Source: an uncultured candidatus Porisulfidus sp. (lineage in GTDB: Bacteria > Pseudomonadota > Gammaproteobacteria > Poriferisulfidales > Poriferisulfidaceae). From it: 64,000 bases of DNA. This document shows, one piece after another, positions 40,590-50,818 of this stretch; the first letter of the stretch is position 1; each line of letters begins with the position of its first letter. The DNA lies in contig OZ241993.1 of assembly GCA_965204575.1 (NCBI GenBank), forward strand, positions 1,120,001 through 1,184,000. The letters run 5' to 3'. Made by a program: the position numbers and the translations under genes. The notes below the pieces were generated by a model. That model had not been told where the DNA came from. It made no database searches and saw only the letters and a list, made by a program, of their open reading frames with translations.

Positions 40590-41107
40590 GCAACCCAGCC
40601 CACGAGTGGATTTCCGCTTATCTGGATGACGAGCTCACGCCCGCGGAGCGGGCGCGCGGCAGCCGGGATCTGAGCCGGCAGCCGGAGGCACGCCGTCGCC
40701 TAGGCCGCTACCAGTTGATTGGCGACGCAATGCGCGATGACCTCCCGGACCATCTGGAGCTGGGACTCTCAGCGAGAATTCATCAGGAAATCGTCAGGGA
40801 AAGTTCTTCCCCCCCCAAGCACCACACCCTGCAGGAGGTGTGGCACTGGATCCGGCATCCGGCTCCGCTGGCGGTGTCCACCGGCATGCTGGCCACGCTG
40901 CTTGCGGCGGGGTTGTGGTTCTACACGCAGGAACCGGAGGTCGTCCCGGTGGTGATCGATGTCCCGGTCGACCAGATCGCGGAGGCTCCCGGAACTGAAA
41001 TCGACGCGAAAGAACATCAGCAGATCCTGAGTTACCTGACGGCTCACGCGGAGGTCGAGTCGCGGGCGCTGATGCCCTACGTCCAGTTGGTGGAATATGA
41101 CAGGTAA
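40586..41107 (+). CDS. rseA: Anti-sigma-E factor
   Basis: ISAYLDDEL, RYQLIGDAMR, single TM helix, synteny. Confidence 0.88.
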   Translation: MSNPAHEWISAYLDDELTPAERARGSRDLSRQPEARRRLGRYQLIGDAMRDDLPDHLELGLSARIHQEIVRESSSPPKHHTLQEVWHWIRHPAPLAVSTGMLATLLAAGLWFYTQEPEVVPVVIDVPVDQIAEAPGTEIDAKEHQQILSYLTAHAEVESRALMPYVQLVEYDR

Positions 41108-42161
41108 AGCGACGCCATACGTTGCCGGGCGGCGGAGCCGCCGCGCTGAACTTTTGCCTTCGGGCGCTGTCTCTCTGATGGGGGGGATTTGCCTGAAAGG
41201 CTCTAGGAGGCTCTTGCTGGTGACGATCTTGGCGACGCTGACCCCCCAAGTGTACGGCGAGGCGGATCCAGCGAGTTGGCTCGTTCGCGTTGATCAAGCA
41301 GCCGAACGAGCCAATTTTTCCGGCACGATGTCCCTGATCAAAGACGGCGAGACGCGCCGCACGATGAAGATCGAGCAGGGTTTCGACGGGCGGGACACGC
41401 ACCAGCGGCTGGTTTCGGTGTCCGGCGGGGAGGAATGCGAGATCCTGCGGCGCGGAGACGAATCCGCCGTGGTGTACCTCAAGCGGCAGGTGGTCATCCA
41501 CGGCTACCAGCGCCCGCGAATCCCGATCCCGAAGATCCGTCACGACCTCGACCGGCTGAAGCAGTACTACCGGCTCGAGACCGGCGGGCAGGAGGAAGTC
41601 GCCGGGCGGCCCTGTCAACTGGTCAAGGCGACTTCGCGTGACGGCTACCGCTACGGTTACGAATTCTATGTGGACACGGCTTCCGGGCTGCCGCTGCGGG
41701 TGCGGATGGTGACGCCGACGGGCGAGAAGATCGAGCAGTTCTCGTTCACCTCCCTCGACGTGAAGGATTCCATCCAGCAATTCGGTCCGAAAAGTTTCTG
41801 GCTGGAGACCGACACGCAGGGTTTCAAGATGGTCGCCCTGCCGTACGGTTCCGAGCTGGCTCCGCACGCGTGGCGAATCGAGAACCTGCCGCCGGGATTC
41901 GAGGAGCAGTTCGCGGTCATTCGGAAACTGCCGCTCAACCCGGAGCCGATCCACCACATCGTGCTGGCGGATGCGCTGTCCCGGATTTCGGTGTTCATTA
42001 CCCACCCCCCCGAAGGCATGCCTGAGAAAAGCTGGCACTTCTCGCGCAAGGCGCTCAACGGATACGTGACAATACGTGACGGCCACCACATCACCGTGAT
42101 CGGTGGCGTTCCCGCGGAAACCATCCGCATGATCGGCGATTCGCTCCACCTGGAGCACTAA
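41097..42161 (+). CDS. rseB: RseB/MucB
   Basis: VAGRPC, DGYRYGY..VD..SGLPL, ISVF, ITVIG.VP; start may be ATG 41178. Confidence 0.9.
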   Translation: MTGKATPYVAGRRSRRAELLPSGAVSLMGGICLKGSRRLLLVTILATLTPQVYGEADPASWLVRVDQAAERANFSGTMSLIKDGETRRTMKIEQGFDGRDTHQRLVSVSGGEECEILRRGDESAVVYLKRQVVIHGYQRPRIPIPKIRHDLDRLKQYYRLETGGQEEVAGRPCQLVKATSRDGYRYGYEFYVDTASGLPLRVRMVTPTGEKIEQFSFTSLDVKDSIQQFGPKSFWLETDTQGFKMVALPYGSELAPHAWRIENLPPGFEEQFAVIRKLPLNPEPIHHIVLADALSRISVFITHPPEGMPEKSWHFSRKALNGYVTIRDGHHITVIGGVPAETIRMIGDSLHLEH

Positions 42162-42191
42162 TGTTCTGGATTTGAAAGAAAAGGAGACCTG

Positions 42192-43613
42192 ATGCAACCA
42201 ACCTGGACCCCCAAGGCGCTTACTGTGGCGCTCGGCTTCGCGATGGCATTCACGCCGCTTCAGGCGCGCGAGTTGCCGGACTTCACCGACCTGATCGAGA
42301 AGAACGCGCCGGTCGTGGTCAACATCACCACGAGTCGCAATGTCGGGGGGTCCGCTTCCGGCAAGAATGCGCCGCAGCAGACTCCGGAGGACATGCCGGA
42401 CTTCTTCCGCCGGTTCTTCGAGCAGATGCCGGAGGGTCAGCAGCAGCGTCCCCCGCGGCAGCGGCGCCACGGCACCGGGTCCGGGATGATCTACTCCTCG
42501 GACGGCTACATCGTGACCAACCACCACGTGGTCGACGGGGCGGACGAGATCATCGTGAAGCTCAGCGACAAGCGGGAATTCGTGGCGGAGAAGGTGGGGT
42601 CCGACCCGCGCAGCGACCTGGCGTTGCTGAAGATCGACGCCGACGACCTGCCGACCGCGACGCTCGGCAACTCGGAGGAACTGAAAGTCGGGCAGTGGGT
42701 GCTGGCCATCGGCTCGCCGTTCGGTTTCGAGCATTCGGTGACCGCCGGCATCGTCAGCGCCAAGGGACGCAGCCTGCCGAGCGAGAACTACATCCCGTTC
42801 ATCCAGACCGACGTGGCCATCAATCCCGGCAATTCCGGTGGGCCGCTGTTCGACATGGACGGGCGCGTGGTCGGCATCAACGCGCAGATTTATACCCGCA
42901 CCGGCGGGTTCATGGGCCTGTCCTTCGCCATTCCAATCGACATGGTGTCGGAAGTGATCGCGCAGATCAAGAAAGACGGCCGCGTCGTGCGCGGCTGGCT
43001 TGGCGTGTACATCCAGGAGGTCACCCGCGACCTGGCTGAATCGTTCGGGCTGGATCGCCCGAAGGGCGCGATCATTGCCGAAATCACCGAGGACGGCCCG
43101 GCGGACGAGGCCGGACTGGAAGCCGGCGACATCGTCCTGGAGTTCAACGGGAAGGAAGTGGAGAGTTCCAGCGCGCTGCCGCCGATGGTCGGGCAGGTGA
43201 AGCCCGGCAAGACGGTCGAGGTCGAGATCCTTCGCGGCGGCGAGCGAAAGACGCTGGAAGTGACCCTGGGGCAGTTGCCGGACGACGGCGCGCCGATGGC
43301 GGTGCCGTCCGGGGATTCGGGGCCGTCGGAAGAAGAGGAGATCCTGGGCATGCGCCTGGAGGAGATTCCGGAAGACGTGCGCAAGAAGCACAATCTGGGC
43401 GAGGGCGGCATCCGGGTGAAGGAAGTGACCGGCGATCCGGCGCGCTCCGCGGGCATCCAGAAGGGTGACGTGATCCAGATGTTCGCCGGGGAGAAGATCG
43501 AGACGCTGGAGGACTTCAAGGAAGCGGCGGAGGACCTGGAGTCCGGGCAGCCGCAGCCGATCCTGGTGCAACGTCAGCAGGGTTCGCGGTGGTTGGCGCT
43601 GACGCCTGAATAG
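42192..43613 (+). CDS. degP: DegP/MucD serine protease with two PDZ domains
   Basis: TNHHV, DLALLK, INPGNSGGPL. Confidence 0.93.
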   Translation: MQPTWTPKALTVALGFAMAFTPLQARELPDFTDLIEKNAPVVVNITTSRNVGGSASGKNAPQQTPEDMPDFFRRFFEQMPEGQQQRPPRQRRHGTGSGMIYSSDGYIVTNHHVVDGADEIIVKLSDKREFVAEKVGSDPRSDLALLKIDADDLPTATLGNSEELKVGQWVLAIGSPFGFEHSVTAGIVSAKGRSLPSENYIPFIQTDVAINPGNSGGPLFDMDGRVVGINAQIYTRTGGFMGLSFAIPIDMVSEVIAQIKKDGRVVRGWLGVYIQEVTRDLAESFGLDRPKGAIIAEITEDGPADEAGLEAGDIVLEFNGKEVESSSALPPMVGQVKPGKTVEVEILRGGERKTLEVTLGQLPDDGAPMAVPSGDSGPSEEEEILGMRLEEIPEDVRKKHNLGEGGIRVKEVTGDPARSAGIQKGDVIQMFAGEKIETLEDFKEAAEDLESGQPQPILVQRQQGSRWLALTPE

Positions 43614-43812
43614 GGGATCGAGGCACGGCGCAGGAGAGAGTCCCGGGGGGCTCGAAAACCCGTCCGGGCGGGTGTCTGGCGGCGCGAGCAGGACGCTGGA
43701 CGGCCGTGCTACAATCGCTTTCAATGCCTTCCGGACATGGAAGTTCCGAGGGATTGATCGAAACACTCAAGGTTGGAATAAATTAAGGCTGACCGACCGG
43801 TAAGGAATCATC

Positions 43813-44136
43813 ATGATGATTGATGCAGGCGTACTCCAGATCGTTGCGGTGGTGGCGATTCTGGGTTTCATGTGGACGCTTCACCGTGACGTCAGCAACT
43901 TGCGCAAAGAGGTCGGCAAGGATATTGCCGAAGTTCGCAAGGACATGGCGGATCTTCGCCAGGAAGTCGGCCGGGACATCTCTGAAGTCCGTAAGGACAT
44001 GGCGGATCTTCGCCAGGAAGTCAACCGGGACACCTTTGAAATCCGTAAGGACATGGCGGGTCTCCGCGAGCGCCTGGTCAGGGTGGAAGGCCTGTTGGAG
44101 AGTTTTGTCGGCCGTCCGCCTGAACCGCAGTCCTGA
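43813..44136 (+). CDS. Membrane-anchored coiled-coil mini-protein, 18-aa repeats
   Basis: N-terminal TM, LHRDV, RKDMADLRQEV.RD repeats; resembles 34815-35123. Confidence 0.8.
   Translation: MMIDAGVLQIVAVVAILGFMWTLHRDVSNLRKEVGKDIAEVRKDMADLRQEVGRDISEVRKDMADLRQEVNRDTFEIRKDMAGLRERLVRVEGLLESFVGRPPEPQS
43936..44067 (+). repeat. 54-nt tandem repeat (~2.5 copies)
   Basis: CG(C/T)AAGGACATGGCGG at 43936, 43990, 44044. Confidence 0.9.
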
Positions 44137-44192
44137 TCGGATTATTTTCGTGGGCCACCCTCGTCCGTGAGGGCATGCGCCATGGGGAAGTT

Positions 44193-46010
44193 TCAGGGAA
44201 GGTCGTTGATGACCTTGAGAAACGGTTCCGAAAAATCCCTGAGTTTGACCGCTCCGACTCCATTTATCCGCGAAAACTCCTCAATGGTGCGGGGTCGCTG
44301 TTGCGCCATTTCGAAAAGCGTCCGATCCGGGAAAATGACGAAGGCGGGTACGCCCCGCTCCTTGGCAAGCTGTAATCGCAGCGACTTCAGGGCGTTCATC
44401 AAAGCCGCCTGGCTGTCGCTCAGGACCGGCCCTGGCGCTGCGTCGCGGGATCTCTTCGATGGAGCGCGAAGAGGGGCGAGAGTATCCATCCGGTACAGGA
44501 AGATGCCGTCTCCGCGCATCAGCGCACGGCCTTTCCCGGTCGTGGCGAGCCCGCCGTAGCCGGCGATATCCAGGCGCAGGAATCCGGTCGCGACCATTTG
44601 CCGGATCAGGCCGCGCCATTCATTCTTTCCGCGTCCCGCGCCGACTCCGAAGGCGGGGAGTTCGTCATGGCCCCATTGCGTAATCTTTTCGGTGGCGGTC
44701 CCCTGCAGGATATCAATGACGTGTGCCGAACCGAACCGCTCGCCGGAACCGGAGACTGTGGCCAGGATGTTTTGGGCGTCTTCGGTGCCGTCGATGCGCT
44801 CCGATGGGTTGAGGCAGACGTCGCAGTTGCCGCAGTGTTCAGTCTTTTCTCCGAAATAGTCCAGCAACGTCGTCCGGCGGCATTCCGGGGCTTCGCAGTA
44901 GCCGAGCAGGGCGTCGAGGCGCTTGTGCTCGCGCCGCTTGCGCTCGTCGCTGGCATCCTCATCCTCGATGAATTTCCGGCGCATCCGGATGTCGGACAGG
45001 CCGTAGAGCATGTGGGCTTCCGCTGGCGCACCGTCGCGCCCGGCGCGGCCGATTTCCTGGTAGTAGGCTTCGATGCTGCCCGGCAGGTCCACATGGAAGA
45101 CGAATCGCACATCGGCCTTGTCAATCCCCATCCCGAAGGCGATGGTCGCGACCATGACGACGCCGGGGTCGGTCATGAAGGTGTTCTGGTGGGCCTCTCG
45201 GTCTTCCTTCTCCATGCCGGCATGGTAGGGAAGAGCCCTGGTCCCGCCTGCGGTGAGGAACGCCGCGGTCTCCTCGGTCTTTTTGCGTGACAGGCAGTAG
45301 ACGATCCCGCTTTTCCCCTTGTGGCGAGCCATGAAGTTCATCAACTGCGACTTCCAGCCTTGCTTCATTTCCACGGTCAGCCGGATGTTCGGGCGGTCGA
45401 ATCCCAGCACGAAACTTTCCACCTTGCCGTCGAACAGGCGTTCGACGATGTCCTCGCGGGTCACTGCGTCGGCGGTTGCGGTCAGGGCGACGACCGGAAC
45501 GTCGGGGAAAAGTTGCCGGAGCCGGCAGAGTGCCTCGTATTCGGGCCGGAACGATGGCCCCCACTGCGAGATGCAATGCGCCTCGTCGATGGCGAACAGC
45601 CGAACCGGCAGGCGGCCCAGTGCCGCGAGCATCCGTTCGGTCATCAGCCGTTCGGGTGCCATGTAGAGGATCCGGGTCTTGCCCTCCGTCACCCGGCGCC
45701 ATGCGGCGACGTTGTCGGGCCGAGGCGCGGAGGAATTGATGCTGTCTGCTGCAACCCCCGCCAGTTGCAGGGCCGCGACCTGGTCCTGCATCAGGGCGAT
45801 CAGCGGGGACACGACGACAGTGAGGCCGTCGAGGATCAGGGCGGGCACCTGGAAGCACAGGGACTTGCCTGACCCGGTGGGCATCACGGTGAGGGCGTTG
45901 CGGCCCGCGAGCAGGGTCTGGATGGCGGCTTCCTGTCCGGGGCGGAATGAATCGAATCCGAAAGTTTCCCGGAGCGTGCGCCGGATATCGGTTGCGGAGG
46001 TGGGGGGCAT
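44193..46010 (-). CDS. recQ: DNA helicase RecQ
   Basis: MPTGSGKS, IDEAHCISQWG, QEIGRAGRDG, Zn/RQC and HRDC domains. Confidence 0.97.
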   Translation of the reverse strand: MPPTSATDIRRTLRETFGFDSFRPGQEAAIQTLLAGRNALTVMPTGSGKSLCFQVPALILDGLTVVVSPLIALMQDQVAALQLAGVAADSINSSAPRPDNVAAWRRVTEGKTRILYMAPERLMTERMLAALGRLPVRLFAIDEAHCISQWGPSFRPEYEALCRLRQLFPDVPVVALTATADAVTREDIVERLFDGKVESFVLGFDRPNIRLTVEMKQGWKSQLMNFMARHKGKSGIVYCLSRKKTEETAAFLTAGGTRALPYHAGMEKEDREAHQNTFMTDPGVVMVATIAFGMGIDKADVRFVFHVDLPGSIEAYYQEIGRAGRDGAPAEAHMLYGLSDIRMRRKFIEDEDASDERKRREHKRLDALLGYCEAPECRRTTLLDYFGEKTEHCGNCDVCLNPSERIDGTEDAQNILATVSGSGERFGSAHVIDILQGTATEKITQWGHDELPAFGVGAGRGKNEWRGLIRQMVATGFLRLDIAGYGGLATTGKGRALMRGDGIFLYRMDTLAPLRAPSKRSRDAAPGPVLSDSQAALMNALKSLRLQLAKERGVPAFVIFPDRTLFEMAQQRPRTIEEFSRINGVGAVKLRDFSEPFLKVINDLP

Positions 46011-46288
46011 TCAGTCGGCGGGCGGGCAGGTCGATTCGGAGGGGTTTCGCGGGCATCGGGGGGAAGGGTCACCCGGGTGTCGTCAAGAACGGCATTCGGG
46101 GCCCCAGCGATGCCGGGCATCGGTTCTCGTTGTGGGTGCAGGATTGTAGCCGATGCGGGCCAGCCGGGTTTTGGCGGAACGGAGGCAGGCGGGAACCGCG
46201 CTTCTTTTGGGAGTTTGCGTTTGCCGACGGGGCTTCGCTGGTCGAGGGATAGACCCGCAGGTCTTGGCGCAGCAGACTCTTTACCGGG

Positions 46289-47461
46289 CTACCTGCTGCG
46301 AAGCTTCTCCATCAGTCCCGGCAGGGAGATCACGGTCGTATGTTTTTCGATGGGGAATTCGTCGTTGCCGCCATAGACGATGAATTTCCGGTGGGGCTTG
46401 ATGTCTTCGCAAGCCTGGTGGAAGCGGGCCCGAATCTTTGGAGTGAGTCCATGCTTGATCTCGACTGCCCACAGCTCCATGGCCGAGAGTTCGAGGGCCA
46501 AGTCGATCTCCGTGCCGTTGGAGGTGCGGTAGTAGTAGGGCTGGGCATCGGCGGGGAGGACCGAGAGGAGGTTCTCGATCGCGAAGCCTTCCCAGCTTTT
46601 CCCGAGGACCGGGTGAGAGAGCAATGCGTCGTGGTCCGCAATACCGAGCAGTTGGTGCAGGACGCCCGAATCCCGGACGTAGAGGCGGGGGGACTTGACG
46701 AGCCGCTTTTTCACGTTCGCATGCCAGGGCTCCATCCGCCGGACCAGCAGCAGGTCGACGAGGATGTCTAGGTAGTGCGAGATGGTCTTGCCGTCGACTT
46801 CCAGGTTGCCGCCCAGTTTCGAGTGGTTCACGGCCGTGCCCTGGAGATGGGCCAGCATGGTCCAAAGCCGCCTCAGCCGGGCTGCGGGGACCCGGAACCC
46901 GATCTGCGGGATGTCCCGCTCCAGGTAGGTCCGGACCAGCATCTCCAGCCATTTCATGCTTTCGGAATCCGAAGATTCCAAGTAACTGCACGGGAATCCT
47001 CCCCTCAACCATAGTTTACGGATATCCTCTGGCTTGGAATGGGGTGTTTCCAAGAGGTTCAGGCCGTTCATCTCGATGTAGCGGATGCGTCCTGCAAGAC
47101 TCTCCGAGGACTGGCGCAGCAAGTCCATGGACGCGGAGCCGAGGAGCAGGAACTGCCTCCCTTTCCTGCCGGCCTGGCGGTTTTCATCGATCAGCCCGCG
47201 CAGGGTTCCGAACAGGTCGGGGGCATGCTGGACTTCGTCCAGAATGATCAACTTGTCGCGGTGCTTGCGCAGGAAGGACAGGGGGTCGCGGAGTTTCAGC
47301 AGGTCGCCCGGCGATTCCAGGTCCAGGTAGATGGAACGGCAGGTTTTGCCGACTGCCTTTGCCAGCGTGGTTTTTCCGACCTGGCGCGCGCCGAGCAGCA
47401 CGACCGCGGGGACATGCTCAATGGCGGCCTCAAGCCTTTCGGTGATCATTCGCTTCAACAT
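46289..47461 (-). CDS. AAA ATPase with DUF4143
   Basis: GARQVGKT, LDEVQ, SLAGR, GGFP, KSPRLY..DSG, EID...EIK. Confidence 0.92.
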   Translation of the reverse strand: MLKRMITERLEAAIEHVPAVVLLGARQVGKTTLAKAVGKTCRSIYLDLESPGDLLKLRDPLSFLRKHRDKLIILDEVQHAPDLFGTLRGLIDENRQAGRKGRQFLLLGSASMDLLRQSSESLAGRIRYIEMNGLNLLETPHSKPEDIRKLWLRGGFPCSYLESSDSESMKWLEMLVRTYLERDIPQIGFRVPAARLRRLWTMLAHLQGTAVNHSKLGGNLEVDGKTISHYLDILVDLLLVRRMEPWHANVKKRLVKSPRLYVRDSGVLHQLLGIADHDALLSHPVLGKSWEGFAIENLLSVLPADAQPYYYRTSNGTEIDLALELSAMELWAVEIKHGLTPKIRARFHQACEDIKPHRKFIVYGGNDEFPIEKHTTVISLPGLMEKLRSR

Positions 47462-47595
47462 AGTATGTATTTTAGGAGGTAGACTCCGAAATTGCAACAT
47501 TTGTTCCGGGGCTTTTCAAACCCGGTCGACTTCTGGTTCCCGAAATCTTCGGGACCGTTTATCTGCGACCTGTCGACCCGTGCCGACGGGAGGGT

Positions 47596-47724
47596 TTATT
47601 TTTTGGGTGGCGGAGGTGGCGGCGGAGGCGGTTTGATGGCGTTCGGGGGCTTCGGCGTCACGCCGCGGATCTCCCCTTCTCTGCTATTGGGTGCTTTGCT
47701 TGGAGTCGGTGATCTTGACTTCAT
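47596..47724 (-). CDS. Proline-rich 42-aa peptide (not in ORF track)
   Basis: GGAGA RBS; MKSRSPTPSKAPNSREGEIRGVTPKPPNAIKPPPPPPPPPKK. Confidence 0.5.
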   Translation of the reverse strand: MKSRSPTPSKAPNSREGEIRGVTPKPPNAIKPPPPPPPPPKK

Positions 47725-47977
47725 GATTTCTCCGAGTTGTTTTTGCCGGAGAGCATGGCAAAAATTCTATCATTTACACCTCCGGTGCGGGAGCCGGATT
47801 GCAATACGGGATACGGGTTAGTCGGTATTGATGCTCCACATTAATCCGGGCATTGCAGTAAAATTAGTCACCTGCATTTTTACTCCTTTTCCATGTTTGT
47901 GTCCCTGCTGCTGATCCCCGCACATTGTTTGTCGCTTGGCTCTGACAGATTTCTAAACTGTGTCTGATACTTTCCCG

Positions 47978-49768
47978 ATGGAGAAGATCCGAAACTTCTC
48001 CATCATTGCGCATATTGACCACGGCAAGTCCACGCTGGCGGACCGCTTCATCGAATTGTGCGGCGCACTGAGCGACCGCGAGATGAGCGACCAGGTCTTG
48101 GACAACATGGATCTGGAGCGAGAACGTGGCATTACCATCAAGGCGCGCAGCGTAACCTTGCACTACCAGGCGCAGGACGGTGAAACCTATCGCCTGAACC
48201 TGATCGACACGCCCGGACACGTGGATTTCTCTTATGAAGTCTCAAGGTCGCTTGCGGCCTGCGAGGGCGGGCTGCTGGTGGTGGATGCGTCACAGGGGGT
48301 TGAGGCGCAGACCGTGGCCAACTGCTACAACGCGATTGAGCAGGATCTGGTGATCCTGCCGGTGCTGAACAAGATGGATTTGCCGCAGGCGGATTCGGTG
48401 CGGGCCTGCGAGGAAATTGAGGACATCATCGGGCTGGATGCGACGGATGCAGTGCAGATCAGCGCGAAGACCGGGCTGAACGTGAAAGAGGTGCTGGAGC
48501 GGGTGGTGCGAGACGTGCCGCCGCCGGACGGGGATCCCGAAGGGCCGCTGAAGGCGCTGATCGTCGATTCTTGGTTCGACAGTCATGTGGGCGTGGTGTC
48601 GTTGGTGCGGGTGTTTTCAGGGAAATTGAAGAAAGGGGACAAGATCCAGGTGATGTCGACCGGTCAGACGCGGCGAGTGGATTCCGTGGGGTGGTATACC
48701 CCAAATCCGGAGAGCAGCGAGGAACTCGGCTGCGGGCAGGTCGGGTTCGTGATGGCGGGCATTCGCGACATTGAGGGAGCGCCGGTAGGGGATACGATCA
48801 CGCTGGCGAGCAAAGGCGCCGAGGAGGCGCTGCCGGGGTTCCGGGAAGTGCAGCCGAAGGTGTTCGCGGGCCTGTTCCCGGTGGATGCCGATGATTACGA
48901 GCAGTTGCGGGATGCGCTGGCGAAGCTGAGACTGAATGATGCGTCGTTCAGCCATGAGCCGGAGACCTCCAAGGCACTGGGATTCGGATTTCGGTGCGGG
49001 TTTTTGGGGTTATTGCACATGGAGATCGTGCAGGAGCGGCTGGAGCGGGAATATCGGCTGAATCTGATTTCCACGGCACCGACGGTGGCTTGCCAGGTGA
49101 TGCTGAATTCAGGAGAGATGCTTGAGACCGGCAATCCCAGCATGCTGCCGGAGCCGCATGAGATCGAGGAGATCCGCGAGCCTTATATCGAGGCGCACAT
49201 CCTGGTGCCGCAGGAGCATGTCGGTGCAGTGATTACGCTGTGCGAGGAGCGACGCGGACGACAGAAACGCCTGCAATACTCGCGCAACCAGGTCAACCTG
49301 GAATATATGCTGCCGCTGTCCGAGACGGTGACGGACTTCTACGACAAGCTGAAGTCGGTCAGCCGGGGTTATGCGTCATTTGATTACCAGTTGTCTCATT
49401 TCGAGGCGGCACCGCTGGTGAAGTTGGATCTTCTGATTAATGGAGAACGGGTGGATGCGCTGTCAGTCATCGTTCATCAATCCCGGTCGATGTCGCTGGG
49501 GCGGGACCTGACGGTGCGGATGAAGGACCTGATTCCCCGGCAGATGTTCGATGTCGCAATCCAGGCGGCGATTGGCTCGCGCATCATCGCGCGCACTACC
49601 ACTAAGGCCCTGCGCAAGAATGTCACGGCAAAATGCTATGGTGGGGACGTGACCCGCAAGCGTAAGCTGCTGGAGAAGCAGAAGGCAGGGAAAAAGCGCA
49701 TGAAGCGGGTCGGCAACGTGGACATTCCTCAGGAGGCGTTTATGGCAATCCTGAAGTTGGAGCCGTGA
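47978..49768 (+). CDS. lepA: Elongation factor 4
   Basis: [40 protein letters not shown]. Confidence 0.98.
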   Translation: MEKIRNFSIIAHIDHGKSTLADRFIELCGALSDREMSDQVLDNMDLERERGITIKARSVTLHYQAQDGETYRLNLIDTPGHVDFSYEVSRSLAACEGGLLVVDASQGVEAQTVANCYNAIEQDLVILPVLNKMDLPQADSVRACEEIEDIIGLDATDAVQISAKTGLNVKEVLERVVRDVPPPDGDPEGPLKALIVDSWFDSHVGVVSLVRVFSGKLKKGDKIQVMSTGQTRRVDSVGWYTPNPESSEELGCGQVGFVMAGIRDIEGAPVGDTITLASKGAEEALPGFREVQPKVFAGLFPVDADDYEQLRDALAKLRLNDASFSHEPETSKALGFGFRCGFLGLLHMEIVQERLEREYRLNLISTAPTVACQVMLNSGEMLETGNPSMLPEPHEIEEIREPYIEAHILVPQEHVGAVITLCEERRGRQKRLQYSRNQVNLEYMLPLSETVTDFYDKLKSVSRGYASFDYQLSHFEAAPLVKLDLLINGERVDALSVIVHQSRSMSLGRDLTVRMKDLIPRQMFDVAIQAAIGSRIIARTTTKALRKNVTAKCYGGDVTRKRKLLEKQKAGKKRMKRVGNVDIPQEAFMAILKLEP

Positions 49769-50670
49769 AACGGGTCGGGGTTGTTTTTGTTCTGATGTTG
49801 CTGGCTTCGCCGGCCGCGGCTCAGGTTCTCACGGTCACGTTGCTGGGCACCGGCACGCCGAGGCCGAATATCGAACACTTCAGCCAGGCGATCCTAGTCG
49901 AGGCAGGCGATACCAAGTTGCTGTTCGATGCCGGGCGCGGTGCCGCGATGCGGCTGCACCAGATCGGGGTTTCCAGCGACCAGATCGACAAGGTGTTCCT
50001 GACGCACTTGCACTACGACCATATTGTTGGACTGGATGATGTCTGGTTGACGGCTCGCCTGTGGCAGCGCGCGGAGCCTCTGGAGGTGCTCGGGCCGACA
50101 GGAACCAAGGATTTCGTAGATCACTTGCGCCAGGCTTACGAGGCAGATCACCATGTAAGGCGGCGGCAGAGCGGACTGGCGATGGATTTAGGGGATCTTT
50201 GGGCGAAGGAAGTGGAGCCCGGTGTGGTCCACTTGGACGGAGACCTGAAAGTGACTGCTATTGCGGTGGATCATGGGGAAGTCAAGCCGGCATTCGGCTA
50301 CCGGGTGGATTACGGCAAGCGCAGCGTGGTGATCTCCGGGGATACGACTTACGAGTCGAATCTGGTCACATGGGGGAAGGGTGCCGACGTGGTGATTCAC
50401 GAAGTGATGATGACGAGCGAGGGTCTTCTGAAAAGGAATCCCCGCCTGCAGAAGGTGCAGAAATCTCACTCAAGCCCGAAGCAGGCCGGGCAGATCCTAG
50501 CGCAGATCAGGCCGAGACTGGGTATCTTGGTTCACATGCTGAGGTTCGGGGTGACCGAGGCGCAGATACTGGAGGAACTGGGCAAGCACTACAAGGGAGA
50601 TGTGAGGGTCGGGGAGGATTTGATGGCGGTGGATATTGGAGATTCCGTGTACGTGTATCAGCGGCGTTGA
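49765..50670 (+). CDS. Secreted MBL-fold metallohydrolase (RNase Z/AtsA-like)
   Basis: Signal peptide, LLGTGTP, THLHYDH, SGDT, IHE. Confidence 0.88.
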   Translation: MKRVGVVFVLMLLASPAAAQVLTVTLLGTGTPRPNIEHFSQAILVEAGDTKLLFDAGRGAAMRLHQIGVSSDQIDKVFLTHLHYDHIVGLDDVWLTARLWQRAEPLEVLGPTGTKDFVDHLRQAYEADHHVRRRQSGLAMDLGDLWAKEVEPGVVHLDGDLKVTAIAVDHGEVKPAFGYRVDYGKRSVVISGDTTYESNLVTWGKGADVVIHEVMMTSEGLLKRNPRLQKVQKSHSSPKQAGQILAQIRPRLGILVHMLRFGVTEAQILEELGKHYKGDVRVGEDLMAVDIGDSVYVYQRR

Positions 50671-50818
50671 GATTTGCTGGTGTTTGTAAATTTTTCTCTA
50701 GTAATCACATCAATTAGCGACTTTGTCGTCTGATATAGTTCGCAGTTCGAGCTTAGATTAATTCCTAGCGCTTTGAAGTTCGCTAGATCAAACCCTACAA
50801 GTTAGCAGGGGAAAACCC

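Noticed and set aside
40794-43766. 990-aa antisense ORF (also 29080-31419 and similar)
   Set aside because: Shadow frames of GC-rich genes with no motifs
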